A stretch of 64,000 bases of DNA from an uncultured Candidatus Saccharibacteria bacterium (GCA_964385105.1 CAYLMU010000002.1:186583-250582), one strand, 5' to 3'; counted from the stretch's first letter, positions 8,922-19,558 are shown. Numbers and translations: made by a program. Notes: generated by a model not told the origin, from the letters alone.

Positions 8922-9164
8922 TTAGGGCAACCCCTCCTCAACCATCAAATCAGCCTCAACATCATCCGCATCATCAAAAATATTAAATCCGGATTCAGTT
9001 GTATTAAGCTCAAATGCCTCTTTATTAATAGCTCTTATAATACGATTTTTATTGTCTACAGAAATAACATACGTGAGTCCGGTGACCAAAAAAGCTATAA
9101 AAATTACAAGCAATTTAGCTTTTTTATTATTTATATGGCTATTATGAATATTAAAAAATTTCAT
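8922..9164 (-). CDS. Small membrane-anchored protein (hypothetical)
   Basis: One clear TM helix (LLVIFIAFLVTGLTYVI), same strand and tightly packed between the kinase and the nucleotidyltransferase. The overlapping plus-strand ORF looks non-coding. Confidence 0.3.
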   Translation of the reverse strand: MKFFNIHNSHINNKKAKLLVIFIAFLVTGLTYVISVDNKNRIIRAINKEAFELNTTESGFNIFDDADDVEADLMVEEGLP

Positions 9165-9170
9165 ATAATT

Positions 9171-10853
9171 TTAAATAAATTCCTTTACCGGTAGTGTAAA
9201 GAAAAATTTAGCCCCCTCACCCTTTTTGCTTTGAACCCAAATTTTGCCTCCTTGATTGCTCACAATTTGATGTGTAAGATACAAACCGTTGCCAAGACCT
9301 GGATAAATATTGTAGTTATCTTCGCTGACTCTATAAAATCTGTTAAAAATTTTGTGTTGTTGGTCTTTGTCAATTCCGATGCCAAAGTCTTGAATTCCGA
9401 CTACAATTTCGTTATTTTCACATTCTGTTGTAATTATTACTTTGTCTGCGCTTGGCGAGTATTTTATAGCATTTGTTAATAAATTTATTAATACTTGTGC
9501 TATACGGTCTCTATCCCCTTTTATAATGCAGTTACTATTTGTGTTACAAATTATTGTGTGTTGCTCAGAAAGTAAATTAACTTCATCAATAATTTCCTCT
9601 AATAGCTGGTTAAAGTTAAATTCAGTCTCGTTAAAGAGCATTTTTCCTGAATGCATTTTAGTTGCGTCTAGTAAGTCGGTTATAAGTTTGGCGAGGCGCG
9701 TAATCTGATTATCAATTTTTTTCATTTGCATTTCTGCCTCTACGTCATTTTTTTGTTTGAATATTCTTTGAAGTACCTGAGCGTATGCTTTAATACTTGT
9801 AACCGGAGTTTTAAGCTCATGACTTACAATACTTAAAAACTCATCTTTATGTTTTTCTGCAACTATTCTGTCATGAATATCGTAAAATGTGCTGATTGAC
9901 CCTGAAATATTATTATCATAGTCATACAATGGAACAGCGTTAACAGATAAGTGAGTAATAGTTCCATCCCCGCGTTTGTATTTTATGGTTTTTTGAGTTA
10001 CGATTTCACCGTGTCTTAAAGATTTATAAATTGGATAATCCTCATATTTATAAAATGTTCCGTCTTCATGTAATGCTCCGTATGCCTTTTTATATTTGAA
10101 CGCGTCTGCGTCAATGCCGTGTCTAAGTAATTTTGAAGCTTCTTCGTTAAAATAAGATATTTTTTGAGATTTTGCATCAGCCACAAGTACTCCTGACGGC
10201 ATCTGCTGTAACACGGTCTCAAACCTGGTTTTTTCTATATCAAGTTGAATCATCAAATTTGTTCTTTCATCTGTTATTTGTTTTTGTTGAATTGTTTGTG
10301 CCAGAATGTTAGCTACAGATTGCAAGAATAAAACTTCATCTTCAATAAATTTTCTTTTTTTTGTTGTATGTATGCCAAGTACCCCCCAAGGAGCTTCTTT
10401 TCCGTGAATAATAACACTAATACCGCTAACAACATTGTGATCTATTAGTAGTTGAGGACCATTGAACCTTGTCTCTTCTTTTAGATTGAGCACAATAACC
10501 GGTTCTTTTGAATGTAAGGTGTAACCTGCTTGTGAATCCATTCCTATGCCTACAGTTGATTCATCAACGATTACATTAGGATTCCATCCTTTGCCTGCTC
10601 TGAGTATTACACACTCTTCACCCGGTACAAGTTGAAGAACTTTAGAATATTCCACGTCTAAAACATCAACAAGCTTATTACAACATTCATCCATTAAAGT
10701 TTTTAATTCACAGCCTTCCAGAGCAAGTAGTCCTAAATTTGCTACAACCTCATGCTGATTAACTTTACTTTGTAGTTTATTTAAACTATTTTTCATTAGT
10801 ATACTGAAATTTTTATGTAATTTTGGTGAAATTAATGTTTCCCAATCACCCAT
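9171..10853 (-). CDS. Cytoplasmic sensor histidine kinase (GAF + PAS + HisKA + HATPase_c)
   Basis: H-box SIVSHELKTPVTSIKAY, N/G boxes (LINLLTNAIKYS, DFGIGI, GLGNGLYL); N-terminal GAF-like and PAS-like regions; no TM segments. Confidence 0.8.
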   Translation of the reverse strand: MGDWETLISPKLHKNFSILMKNSLNKLQSKVNQHEVVANLGLLALEGCELKTLMDECCNKLVDVLDVEYSKVLQLVPGEECVILRAGKGWNPNVIVDESTVGIGMDSQAGYTLHSKEPVIVLNLKEETRFNGPQLLIDHNVVSGISVIIHGKEAPWGVLGIHTTKKRKFIEDEVLFLQSVANILAQTIQQKQITDERTNLMIQLDIEKTRFETVLQQMPSGVLVADAKSQKISYFNEEASKLLRHGIDADAFKYKKAYGALHEDGTFYKYEDYPIYKSLRHGEIVTQKTIKYKRGDGTITHLSVNAVPLYDYDNNISGSISTFYDIHDRIVAEKHKDEFLSIVSHELKTPVTSIKAYAQVLQRIFKQKNDVEAEMQMKKIDNQITRLAKLITDLLDATKMHSGKMLFNETEFNFNQLLEEIIDEVNLLSEQHTIICNTNSNCIIKGDRDRIAQVLINLLTNAIKYSPSADKVIITTECENNEIVVGIQDFGIGIDKDQQHKIFNRFYRVSEDNYNIYPGLGNGLYLTHQIVSNQGGKIWVQSKKGEGAKFFFTLPVKEFI

Positions 10854-10969
10854 AATTGCACTTTTTTCTTACTTTGACAGTTGAAGTACTTTTTTAAATT
10901 ATATTTATTGAGTAATAGATTTATGTGATTAGTGTTAAAAGTGTGTAAGAGGACAAATTTTTTTATTGT

Positions 10970-12350
10970 TTAGTATACGTTAATTGTTACCGGATCTACC
11001 ATTCCCATTGTACAGCTTAATTTGTAAGTACCTTTTTTTTCCGGTGTGAATTTAATAACATTCATACCCTGTTCTAAATAAATTACATTAGGATACAAAC
11101 CATGCACATAAGCAGCTTGGGCACATCCGTATACCCCATGGTTATAAAATTCCCATACAACAGGAACACCTGCTTTTAAATTGATTTCTTTTGGATAGTA
11201 ATCAAATTTTGATGCTTCCATTTGAATATATTGTATTTCTTCCGATTCATCTTTTTTATTAGATAAAAAGCTTTTTTCGAATTTTTCACTATTAGGTTTT
11301 AGAATGTCATTTAAACTTGTAACTCCCAGAACATTTAATTGGGAATTTAAAGTATATAAAGCAAAAAATACTACAAGCAACCCGGCAAAGTAATTAAATT
11401 TAGTAGAAAATTTGGGATTTGAGTGAAGTTTTATACTAGTAAAGCTAATAATTGCTAAAATTGGCAATGTACCAAGCGCAAAAAATAATAGCATTAGCGC
11501 ACTATTTATAAAGTTTCCTGTAACAAGAGCAGTTGATTGTGCAATAAGAGTAAATCCGCACGGTACAAAAAAAGTTAAAACGCCGGCTGCAAAAGGCATG
11601 TACTTTCCTGAAAAGTTGTTTGTATTTGAGATGTTTTTTGTGAATTTTTTGGGTAATTTTAATTGAAATTGATTTAAAAATTTTACACCAAGCATTTGAA
11701 ATCCAAGTAATAGCATTATTAATGAGACTACAAGAGTGACCGTTGCAGTAGTACCAATTGAAATCTGCAAAGCACCACCAATCAAGCCTAATAAACCTCC
11801 TAAAACAGCAAATGAGACTAAACGACCGACATTAAAAAGTATAAAAGGTGTGTATTTATTGTCAGCTTTATAAGAATCATTCCATTGTTTTGATAATGAA
11901 AGCAATATACCTCCAACAAGTGCCGCACAACTTGAAAGCCCTGCCACAAGCCCAAACATGAAAAATACAGGTAGCGAAGAGGTATTTGTTATAGAAAAGC
12001 TCATTAATACAGGTGATTTTTCGATGTAAGAAAACAAAGTTACAAAAACTAAAACTATTAAAATAATTTTAACAAAATCACCTCTACTTACAGTTGTGTT
12101 TTTTGGTGCTTCTGTTGAAAATGTATATCCAAGTTCTTTGAATTTAGAATTTAACTCGTTTATATGTGGCAAGTGCTTTTTACTTTTTGCAACCACAGTC
12201 ACGCAATTATTTTTTAATGAAGCAGTTACCTTTTCTATGCCATTTAGTTCTGAAATTTCAGTTTCAATAATTGTTTCGCAGGATGCACAGTGCATTCCAT
12301 TTATAAAGTAAGTTTTTTTTGATTTATTAGCATTAGTTTGTTTATTCATG
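10970..12350 (-). CDS. HMA-domain membrane protein (N-terminal GMHCASC metal-binding domain, multi-TM DsbD_2/CcdA-like region with Cys in TM helices, C-terminal beta-rich Cys/Met domain)
   Basis: MxCxxC motif INGMHCASCE; about 6 TM helices with SSCAAL and VPCGF; C-terminus has GCAQAAY and SCTMGM. The ORF-track start (TTG at 12361) overlaps the csoR -35 box, so the ATG at 12350 was used. Confidence 0.55.
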
Positions 12351-12354
12351 AGTG

Positions 12355-12383
12355 TTGACAATACCCATACGGGGTATTAGTAT
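12355..12383 (+). promoter_or_regulatory. csoR-copA promoter with embedded CsoR operator (TTGACA -35; operator ATACCCATACGGGGTAT at 12361-12377; -10 TAGTAT)
   Basis: Perfect -35 TTGACA and a GC-rich pseudo-palindrome ATACCC-N5-GGGTAT between -35 and -10. It closely matches the B. subtilis copZA CsoR operator (TACCCTACGGGGGTA). The csoR ATG lies ~7 nt after the -10. Confidence 0.65.
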
Positions 12384-12389
12384 ATTGTA

Positions 12390-12668
12390 ATGCAAGAAAA
12401 AAATAAAAACAAGAGCAAAAATTCGGTGAATCACCGCTTAAAAATTATTTCAGGGCAAATAAACGGGCTTGCAAAAATGATAGAAGAAGACAAGTATTGT
12501 GTCGATATAATTACTCAATCAACTGCCATACAAAGAGCCTTGCAACAATTAGATAAAATAATTCTAGAAGAACACATTAACCATTGTGTTGTAGACCAGA
12601 TGCAAACAGGAGAATCAGATAAAGCTGTAGAAGAACTCGTAAAAATTTTTAGTATTTCAAGAAAATAA
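12390..12668 (+). CDS. csoR: CsoR-family copper-sensing transcriptional repressor
   Basis: 92 aa, DUF156 layout with Cys (YCVDI) and His/Cys (HINHCV) ligand positions; directly upstream of copA with its stop/start fused (12668). Confidence 0.8.
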   Translation: MQEKNKNKSKNSVNHRLKIISGQINGLAKMIEEDKYCVDIITQSTAIQRALQQLDKIILEEHINHCVVDQMQTGESDKAVEELVKIFSISRK

Positions 12669-14872
12669 TGAAAAAAACCACATTTCATGTTACAGGTATG
12701 CATTGTGCGAGTTGTGCAGTGCTTGTTAGTAAAAATCTCAAAAAGTTGAGTGCTGTAAAATCCGCACATGTAAACTATGCCAACGAACAAGCTGTTGTTG
12801 AACATAGTGAATCTTTATTACAAAGTGATTTACTGCTAGCCGTGCAAAATGCCGGTTATAAAGCTGTATTTTTGGACGCCAATGCAGAAGCAAAAATAGA
12901 ATCACAAAAAAAAGATGATTTAAAACAAATGAAGATAAAGTTTTTAATTAGTGCAGTTTTTACCGTTTTGCTAATAATTGGGGCAATGGCTCCTTTTGCA
13001 CCTGCTGTTTTAAAAAATCCTATTGTTATGTGGTTACTAGCTACTCCGGTTCAATTTTGGATAGGAGCCCAATACTATAAAAGTGCATTTTCTGCTCTTA
13101 GAAACAAAACAGCTAATATGGATTCTTTAATAGCTTTAGGAACATCGGTTGCATACTTTTATTCGGTTTTTGTGATTTTATTTAGTGATTTATTGATGAG
13201 TTTGGGAATTGACTCACATGTTTATTTTGAAACTTCGGCTACAATAATAACTTTAATTTTGCTAGGAAAATTGTTAGAAGCACGTGCTAAGGGTCAAACG
13301 TCACAAGCTATAAAAAAGCTATTAAATTTACAAGCAAAAACAGCACGCGTTGAAAGAAATGGACAAGAACTAGAAATACCGCTTGAAGATGTAATGCTAA
13401 ACGATGTACTAATTGTAAAATCCGGTGAGAAGATTCCGGTTGATGGGGTTGTAATTAGTGGAAGCTCTTCAGTTGATGAAAGTATGGTTACCGGTGAAAG
13501 TATGCCTGTTAAAAAACAAAATGGAGATGAAGTAATTGGCGCAACAATAAATACATCCGGTTACCTGAAAATAAAAGCCACAAAAATCGGAAACGAAACA
13601 ATGTTGGCTCAAATAATAGAAATGGTAAAAGATGCTCAGGGTTCAAGTGCTCCTATACAAAAGCTTGTTGATAAAATATCAGGTGTATTTGTTCCGGCTG
13701 TGATTGTTTTGAGCATAATAACCTTTTTGATATGGTTTGCATTTGGCCCTCAACCTTCGTTTGTTTTTGGTCTGGTTAACTTAATTGCGGTACTTATTAT
13801 AGCTTGTCCTTGTGCATTAGGTTTAGCTACACCAACTTCAATTATGGTGGGCACAGGTAAAGGTGCGCAATACGGAATTTTGGTGAAAAATGCAGAAAGC
13901 CTGGAAATTGCAAACAAAGTTGATTACGTCGTTTTTGACAAGACTGGAACTCTAACCAATGGTCAACCTAATGTAACCGAACTTATTTTGGAGGAAAGCT
14001 TGTACCCATATATATTTTCTGTTGAAAAACAGTCTCATCACCCTTTAGCCGCTGCTGTTGTGGAACATTTGCAAAAGTTTCATGTAAGCGAACTAAATGT
14101 TAACGAATTTACAGACCACTCAGGTTTAGGAGTAAGCGGCATTGTTAATGGTGAAGTGGTTTTAATAGGCACACAAAAGCTACTTGAACAATTTAATGTT
14201 ACTTTAAAACAAGATATTGTACTTCAGGCAGAAAAATTAAAATCACAAGCAAAAACAGTTTCATATATTGCAATAAATCATGAACATGTGGGATTGCTTG
14301 GAATTTCAGATACTATAAAAGAAGGTTCGAAAGAAGTTATTTCTGATTTGGTTAATATGGGCATAACTCCGGTAATGCTGACAGGAGATAATGAGGCAAC
14401 TGCAAAGTCTATTGCCCATGAATTAGGAATATCACATGTTATAGCAGAAGTACTGCCCGGGGATAAAGCAGCTAAAATAAAAGAATTGCAAAAACATGCA
14501 AGTGATAAAAAGATTGTTGCAATGGTTGGAGATGGAATAAACGATGCACCTGCACTTGCTACTGCTGATATTGGCATTGCAATGGGAAGCGGAACTGACG
14601 TGGCTATTGAATCTGCCGGAATAACACTTTTACGAGGAGACATTACATTAGTTACAAAATCGCTAAAGCTTTCAAAAGCAACTATGAGAAACATTAAACA
14701 AAATTTAAGCTGGGCATTTGGATACAATATTATACTTATTCCTGTTGCTATGGGCATGCTCTACCCCTTTACAGGATTATTGTTGAATCCAATGCTTGCA
14801 AGCGCGGCAATGGCATTTTCAAGCGTTTCGGTTGTGGCCAATGCTCTACGACTAAGAAGTATAAAGTTGTAA
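12668..14872 (+). CDS. copA: Copper-translocating P1B-type ATPase
   Basis: N-terminal HMA GMHCASC, TM6 CPC ([11 protein letters not shown]), DKTGTLT phosphorylation site, GDGINDAP hinge, and TGES in the actuator domain. Confidence 0.9.
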   Translation: MKKTTFHVTGMHCASCAVLVSKNLKKLSAVKSAHVNYANEQAVVEHSESLLQSDLLLAVQNAGYKAVFLDANAEAKIESQKKDDLKQMKIKFLISAVFTVLLIIGAMAPFAPAVLKNPIVMWLLATPVQFWIGAQYYKSAFSALRNKTANMDSLIALGTSVAYFYSVFVILFSDLLMSLGIDSHVYFETSATIITLILLGKLLEARAKGQTSQAIKKLLNLQAKTARVERNGQELEIPLEDVMLNDVLIVKSGEKIPVDGVVISGSSSVDESMVTGESMPVKKQNGDEVIGATINTSGYLKIKATKIGNETMLAQIIEMVKDAQGSSAPIQKLVDKISGVFVPAVIVLSIITFLIWFAFGPQPSFVFGLVNLIAVLIIACPCALGLATPTSIMVGTGKGAQYGILVKNAESLEIANKVDYVVFDKTGTLTNGQPNVTELILEESLYPYIFSVEKQSHHPLAAAVVEHLQKFHVSELNVNEFTDHSGLGVSGIVNGEVVLIGTQKLLEQFNVTLKQDIVLQAEKLKSQAKTVSYIAINHEHVGLLGISDTIKEGSKEVISDLVNMGITPVMLTGDNEATAKSIAHELGISHVIAEVLPGDKAAKIKELQKHASDKKIVAMVGDGINDAPALATADIGIAMGSGTDVAIESAGITLLRGDITLVTKSLKLSKATMRNIKQNLSWAFGYNIILIPVAMGMLYPFTGLLLNPMLASAAMAFSSVSVVANALRLRSIKL

Positions 14873-14900
14873 TTTTTTTTATTTGCTTTAGTATGAGCAA

Positions 14901-16022
14901 TTGCAGAATAATTATTTTAAAAACCTTGTATCCTCAATTAATCTATGTAAAAATTTAAATATGAAATCCAAAGCCCGCATAAAGTTTGATGAACTCTTAA
15001 AATTAAATACAGACAAAAAATTACTAAAAAATTTAAATTTAATAGCTGTTGCCTACTCACATGTAGACCGCGAAATGTTTCCTACAGAAGACGCGTACAT
15101 TGCTGAACTTGAAGTAGAAGATAGATCCGTGGAAGTAGAGGAAGAAGTAAAAAAACTTGGCCTTAATGTTAAAAGATTTGCAGGCGATCCATACTTTTTA
15201 ACAAACATTCTAGTTGATAAGCCTGATTTAGTTATAAATTTAGTAGATACGGTAAAAGGTCAAGATCATTTACAAACTTCAGTGCCGGCTTTTTTGGAAT
15301 ACGCAAATATTCGTTATACAGGAAGCGGTATGACAGGTTTAGTTATTGGTAACAATAGACACCTTGTGAAACAACTTTTGATTTCACAAAACATTCCAAC
15401 TCCAAAATATAAATATGTTAAAGATTTGCGTTCAAATACTCCTCCTGATTTTGAACCTCCATATATTGTAAAGCTAAACGAAAGCGGGGGAAGTGTTGGA
15501 ATAGATAACAAAGCTGTAAAAGAAACTGCAAAAGAAGTTGAGGAAAAAGTTGCTAAAGTTGTTGGAGAATACAAAATTCCGGTATTGATCGAACAATTTA
15601 TCGGAGGTCCGGAAATTACTGCAGTTGTTTTTGATGACGGTAGAAATAAGCACGTATTTTTGGCGCAAAAAGTGTTTAAAGTAAAACCTGACGGTAAACA
15701 CGATTTCACCAGTTTAGAAAGCTATGAATTTGAGAAGGCTTATGTTTACAAGTTTGTACCTGAAGACATGGAAGAGAGTCTAATGCCTCTTGTGGCCAAA
15801 GCATTTGATGTACTAAAATTCAAAGACTACGCAAAATTTGATATTCGGGTGGGTTTGGAGGATAATATACCTTACTTCATAGACTGCAACCCGAATACGG
15901 CATTCGGACCGGATAAGGGCTTGCCTATGACCGAGGTTTTAGGCCTTCATGGAGTGTCTTTTCAAGACATTCTATTGAGCCTAATAAGCAAGCATGCCAA
16001 AGCAATCGCCAGAGAAAAATAG
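14901..16022 (+). CDS. ATP-grasp enzyme of the D-Ala-D-Ala ligase family (substrate unknown)
   Basis: Ddl-like N-domain, central ATP-grasp (IEQFIGGPEITAVVFDDG), C-terminal FIDCNPNTAFGP. The true start may be the internal Met at 14961. Confidence 0.6.
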   Translation: MQNNYFKNLVSSINLCKNLNMKSKARIKFDELLKLNTDKKLLKNLNLIAVAYSHVDREMFPTEDAYIAELEVEDRSVEVEEEVKKLGLNVKRFAGDPYFLTNILVDKPDLVINLVDTVKGQDHLQTSVPAFLEYANIRYTGSGMTGLVIGNNRHLVKQLLISQNIPTPKYKYVKDLRSNTPPDFEPPYIVKLNESGGSVGIDNKAVKETAKEVEEKVAKVVGEYKIPVLIEQFIGGPEITAVVFDDGRNKHVFLAQKVFKVKPDGKHDFTSLESYEFEKAYVYKFVPEDMEESLMPLVAKAFDVLKFKDYAKFDIRVGLEDNIPYFIDCNPNTAFGPDKGLPMTEVLGLHGVSFQDILLSLISKHAKAIAREK

Positions 16023-16611
16023 AAGAATCCGTAGAATCAAGCAGATCAGTGAAGATCATTGCGGACCCGCTGTAATTCAAATGCTTTTAGACAATTTAGG
16101 AGTATTTGTTTCGCAAGAAGAAATAACTAAGGCAGCCGGGGCAGAAAAAACCATTAAGAATAAGGGTACACGTGTTGACCAGCTTGGGCGTGCAGTTAAT
16201 ACATTAACTCCACAATTTACTTTTTGGTACAAAGAAAAATCAAGCATCAAAGACCTAAGAACCGTAATTAAAGAGCATAATTATCCGGTTGGGGTTGAGT
16301 GGCAAGGGTTATTTGAGGATGACCTTGATGACGAAGACGACGAGACAGATTATGGTCATTACAGCATAATTTCACATATCGATGACTCAAAAAAGCAATT
16401 AATTATTGTTGACCCTTACAAATCATTTGTAGATCAAGATAGAATTGTACCTATTAAACTTTTTAGAAAAAGATGGTGGGATTGGAATGTGTTTGTCGAC
16501 CCTGAAACAGGTGAATCGGAGTATAAAGAAGATATACGTTTATTCTTTTTAATCACCGAAAAGAATCAAACATTTCCGTTAGATATTAAAATGACTGAAT
16601 TTAAGTCTTAG
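15994..16611 (+). CDS. Peptidase C39-like (papain-fold cysteine peptidase/acyltransferase) domain protein
   Basis: Catalytic Cys context EDHCGPAVIQMLL (cf. C39 Q..DCG.AAL.M) and His in GHYSIISHIDD. Overlaps the ATP-grasp stop by 29 nt, consistent with translational coupling. Confidence 0.5.
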   Translation: MPKQSPEKNRRIRRIKQISEDHCGPAVIQMLLDNLGVFVSQEEITKAAGAEKTIKNKGTRVDQLGRAVNTLTPQFTFWYKEKSSIKDLRTVIKEHNYPVGVEWQGLFEDDLDDEDDETDYGHYSIISHIDDSKKQLIIVDPYKSFVDQDRIVPIKLFRKRWWDWNVFVDPETGESEYKEDIRLFFLITEKNQTFPLDIKMTEFKS

Positions 16612-18088
16612 ATTTTACCACTGGAAGTGAAAAATAAAATATTGAACCCCTACCCTCTTCGCTTTCAAACCAGATTTTCCCATTGTGCCTTTCAATAATA
16701 CCCTTTGAAATATATAAACCTATTCCCAAGCCCTCCGCCTTCTCTGAACTTATTTCGGTTCTATAAAATTTTTTAAATATATCTTGCTGGCTATTTTCAG
16801 GTATTCCAATGCCGTAGTCCTGCACACTGACTACAACATCATCACTATTTTTTGAAATATTAACTTTAACCGGAGCTTTATTCTTAGAATACTTTATTGC
16901 ATTGTTTAGCAAATTTTCAAAAACCTGCTCAATTTTTTCTTTGTCACAAAAAACAACACATTCTTTGTCATTTCCTGCAACTTCTATTGTTACTTTGCTA
17001 AGGTTTGTTTGTTTTTCAATAATTTCGTTTATTAATGAATTTAAGCTAAAGAATCTGCTATTTATAATAATTTCATTATTGTCAATTTTTGATAAATCAA
17101 GGAGTTCATTCACCATGTTTGAGATTTTACGTGCTTCTTTATTAATTTTGTTTGCAAGTTGGGTATATTTTTTCTCGCCTGCTAAACCGTCTTCCAATAA
17201 TTGCGAGTACAACATAATGCTTGTAATGGGGCCTTTAATTTCATGGCTGGCTATACTTAAAAATTCGTCTTTACGCTGGTTGATTTTATCTATTTCGTGA
17301 AACAAGAGTTTATATGGTTCACTTAAACCAACCTCAATAATTGCCTTATAAACATAGTAATAAGACAAAACTTTAAAAGTGTGTCCAAGTATATTAACTG
17401 AATTTATCAAACTAATGTTTAAAGAGAATATTATGTCGGTAAATGCGCTAATAAGAAACGATGTAGTTAATAAATTAAAAACTCTTTTGTCAAAGCTTTT
17501 TGAATTTTTTTGCAGCAGAATAACAGAAAGTACAAAAATAGAAGCAATTATCAATTCACTTGTAACAACAAAAGCAGAAACATTTCCTAAAGCTTCATAG
17601 CTAGATGGAAAAGTTCTAAAAATAAGAATTGAGATTAAAATCAATACAAAACCCAGTGATGTCAAAACTAAAGCACCAAAATAATTTAAAGAACGCCTGA
17701 TAAAAAGTACTGAACCTAAAAACGTTATTGCCAGAAGATATCTACTTGAAATCCAAAATTGATCTTCAAGGGATAAGTGTATGCTGCTGAACAAGCCAAA
17801 TTCTCTGTTATTAAGCGCATAAACAAAATCCAAAATCCCCACAAATAAAAACCCTATGCTCAAGTACATTAAAAAATTATTTTTTATTATTGAGCGGCCG
17901 TTCCATGCCAATAAAAATACACTTAGAGCTATTGTTGAGCTAATTAAACCGTAAGATGTGTGAAATAAAGGTTTGCTGTAGTAATTTAAAACATAGGCTG
18001 TCACATATAGAACAACCAATTTAAATAAAATGGGCGATATTGAAAAATATAAAAATAGTAAATTTTTAGCGATGCTTTTTATTTGCAC
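16601..18088 (-). CDS. Membrane sensor histidine kinase (about 7 TM sensor domain + HisKA + HATPase_c)
   Basis: H-box SIASHEIKGPITSI, N box LLNNAIKYS, G boxes DYGIGI / GLGIGLYI; N-terminal 230 aa polytopic. Confidence 0.75.
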   Translation of the reverse strand: MQIKSIAKNLLFLYFSISPILFKLVVLYVTAYVLNYYSKPLFHTSYGLISSTIALSVFLLAWNGRSIIKNNFLMYLSIGFLFVGILDFVYALNNREFGLFSSIHLSLEDQFWISSRYLLAITFLGSVLFIRRSLNYFGALVLTSLGFVLILISILIFRTFPSSYEALGNVSAFVVTSELIIASIFVLSVILLQKNSKSFDKRVFNLLTTSFLISAFTDIIFSLNISLINSVNILGHTFKVLSYYYVYKAIIEVGLSEPYKLLFHEIDKINQRKDEFLSIASHEIKGPITSIMLYSQLLEDGLAGEKKYTQLANKINKEARKISNMVNELLDLSKIDNNEIIINSRFFSLNSLINEIIEKQTNLSKVTIEVAGNDKECVVFCDKEKIEQVFENLLNNAIKYSKNKAPVKVNISKNSDDVVVSVQDYGIGIPENSQQDIFKKFYRTEISSEKAEGLGIGLYISKGIIERHNGKIWFESEEGRGSIFYFSLPVVKSKT

Positions 18089-18153
18089 CTGACACTGCCT
18101 TTCTCTACATTAGGATTATATTCCAATAGTTCGTAAAAGAGAAGATTTTAAAT

Positions 18154-18177
18154 AAACCAGGCCTGAAAGCCTGGTTT
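18154..18177. terminator. Bidirectional-type hairpin AAACCAGGC-CTGAAA-GCCTGGTTT downstream of the cupredoxin gene
   Basis: A perfect 9-bp stem with A/T-rich flanks on both sides, between 18088 and 18208. Confidence 0.5.
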
Positions 18178-18207
18178 AAAAGATATGTTTAATTAATGTA
18201 ATTACGT

Positions 18208-18708
18208 TTACTCAACAATAAGTGTGCCTACCATACCCATTTCTCTGTGATTTCCAACGCTGCAGTAAAACTCATAAGTTCCGGCTTTGTCGGCAACAAA
18301 TTCTATTTCATCCGTTTCACCTGCATTGATTATTTCGGTTCTGGCGTTAAATTCATCAACAACCCAGTCATGCACACCATTGGCATTACTCAAAACAATT
18401 CTTACAGTATCTCCTTCATTTACTCTTATTTCATTTGGCGTGTAGCTAAAAGTAGTAGATTCAACTTCAAAAGTTTTAACTTCACTCACTGCTTCTGTTT
18501 CATCTTCATTTTCTGTGGTGGTTTCCGCAGGTACATCTACTACAACCTCATTAACCGCTTCTGTGGCTGTTCCTTGAACACTTTCGTTCTCACCATTTAG
18601 TGAAGTTAAAAAGTAAATTGCACCTACAATTAAAATAAGTACTATACTTCCTATAAGAAGTAATTTTTTGCTTGGGGCGGGTTGTGTGGAGGTTTCATTA
18701 TTATCCAT
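18208..18708 (-). CDS. Membrane-anchored cupredoxin (type-1 blue copper protein, plastocyanin/amicyanin-like)
   Basis: N-terminal TM anchor; C-terminal beta-sandwich with ligand pattern His (GVHDW)...YCSVGNHREMGM (Cys-x4-His-x3-Met). Confidence 0.65.
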   Translation of the reverse strand: MDNNETSTQPAPSKKLLLIGSIVLILIVGAIYFLTSLNGENESVQGTATEAVNEVVVDVPAETTTENEDETEAVSEVKTFEVESTTFSYTPNEIRVNEGDTVRIVLSNANGVHDWVVDEFNARTEIINAGETDEIEFVADKAGTYEFYCSVGNHREMGMVGTLIVE

Positions 18709-18787
18709 ATTCTTCCTTTAAACTTTACACTAAAAAAATTAATATGTAGTAAAATACTACTGCTAATAAATTATAGCATTTAATAAT

Positions 18788-19558
18788 TTGCTTATGACAA
18801 ACAAGACGTTACTTATTTTTTCAATAGCTATTTTAACTTTATTTGGTGTGACATGTTATTCATATTTTCAAAATTCAAAACGGGAAATTGCAAGTAATTA
18901 TGGGGCTCCTCCGTATATAGAAGAGCCTGAACGGGATTCCAGCGACTTATTTTTTAATCCTACAACTTGGAAAAGGCCTGATGGCCCAATTAGGGTTGGT
19001 TTACAAGCCGGTCACTGGAAAACGAATGAAATGCCCGATGAATTACGAAGAATACGTGAAAGCGGACATGGTACAAGTAACGGAGTGGTTGCAGAATGGG
19101 AAGTAAATTTGAATATTGCAAATGAAACGGCAAAAATTCTCGAAGAAAAAGGCATTGTAGTTGATGTTTTGCCCGCCACAGTTCCCGAATCATATTGGGC
19201 AGATGTTTTTGTAGCAATACATGCCGACGGAAGTGAAAACTTTTCAGTGTCGGGTTATAAAGTAGCAGCCCCAAGACGTGATATTACTGGTAAAGCCGAT
19301 GAACTAGTACAAATAATAGAAAGAAAATATGGCGAACATACTAATTTAATTCTTGATCCCAATATTACAAGAAACATGACAGGATACTATGCTTTTTCAT
19401 GGCGCAGATATAAACACGCTGTTCATCCCATGACACCTTCAGCCATACTCGAAACAGGATTTCTAACAAATCCTAGTGATGCTTACATGTTAGTCAATAA
19501 TCCACAATTGCCGGCTCAGGCATTGGCTGATGCTATTATTGAGTTTCTTGGAATTTAA
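18788..19558 (+). CDS. N-acetylmuramoyl-L-alanine amidase (Amidase_3 family), membrane-anchored
   Basis: N-terminal TM; VFVAIHADG...GYKVAAP pattern of Amidase_3; zinc-ligand His/Glu positions plausible. Confidence 0.55.
   Translation: MLMTNKTLLIFSIAILTLFGVTCYSYFQNSKREIASNYGAPPYIEEPERDSSDLFFNPTTWKRPDGPIRVGLQAGHWKTNEMPDELRRIRESGHGTSNGVVAEWEVNLNIANETAKILEEKGIVVDVLPATVPESYWADVFVAIHADGSENFSVSGYKVAAPRRDITGKADELVQIIERKYGEHTNLILDPNITRNMTGYYAFSWRRYKHAVHPMTPSAILETGFLTNPSDAYMLVNNPQLPAQALADAIIEFLGI

Noticed and set aside
8910-9194. Plus-strand ORF 8910..9194
   Set aside because: It overlaps the minus-strand small membrane ORF and opposes the local operon direction. Its translation has no TM or motif, so the minus-strand reading was preferred (itself only low confidence).
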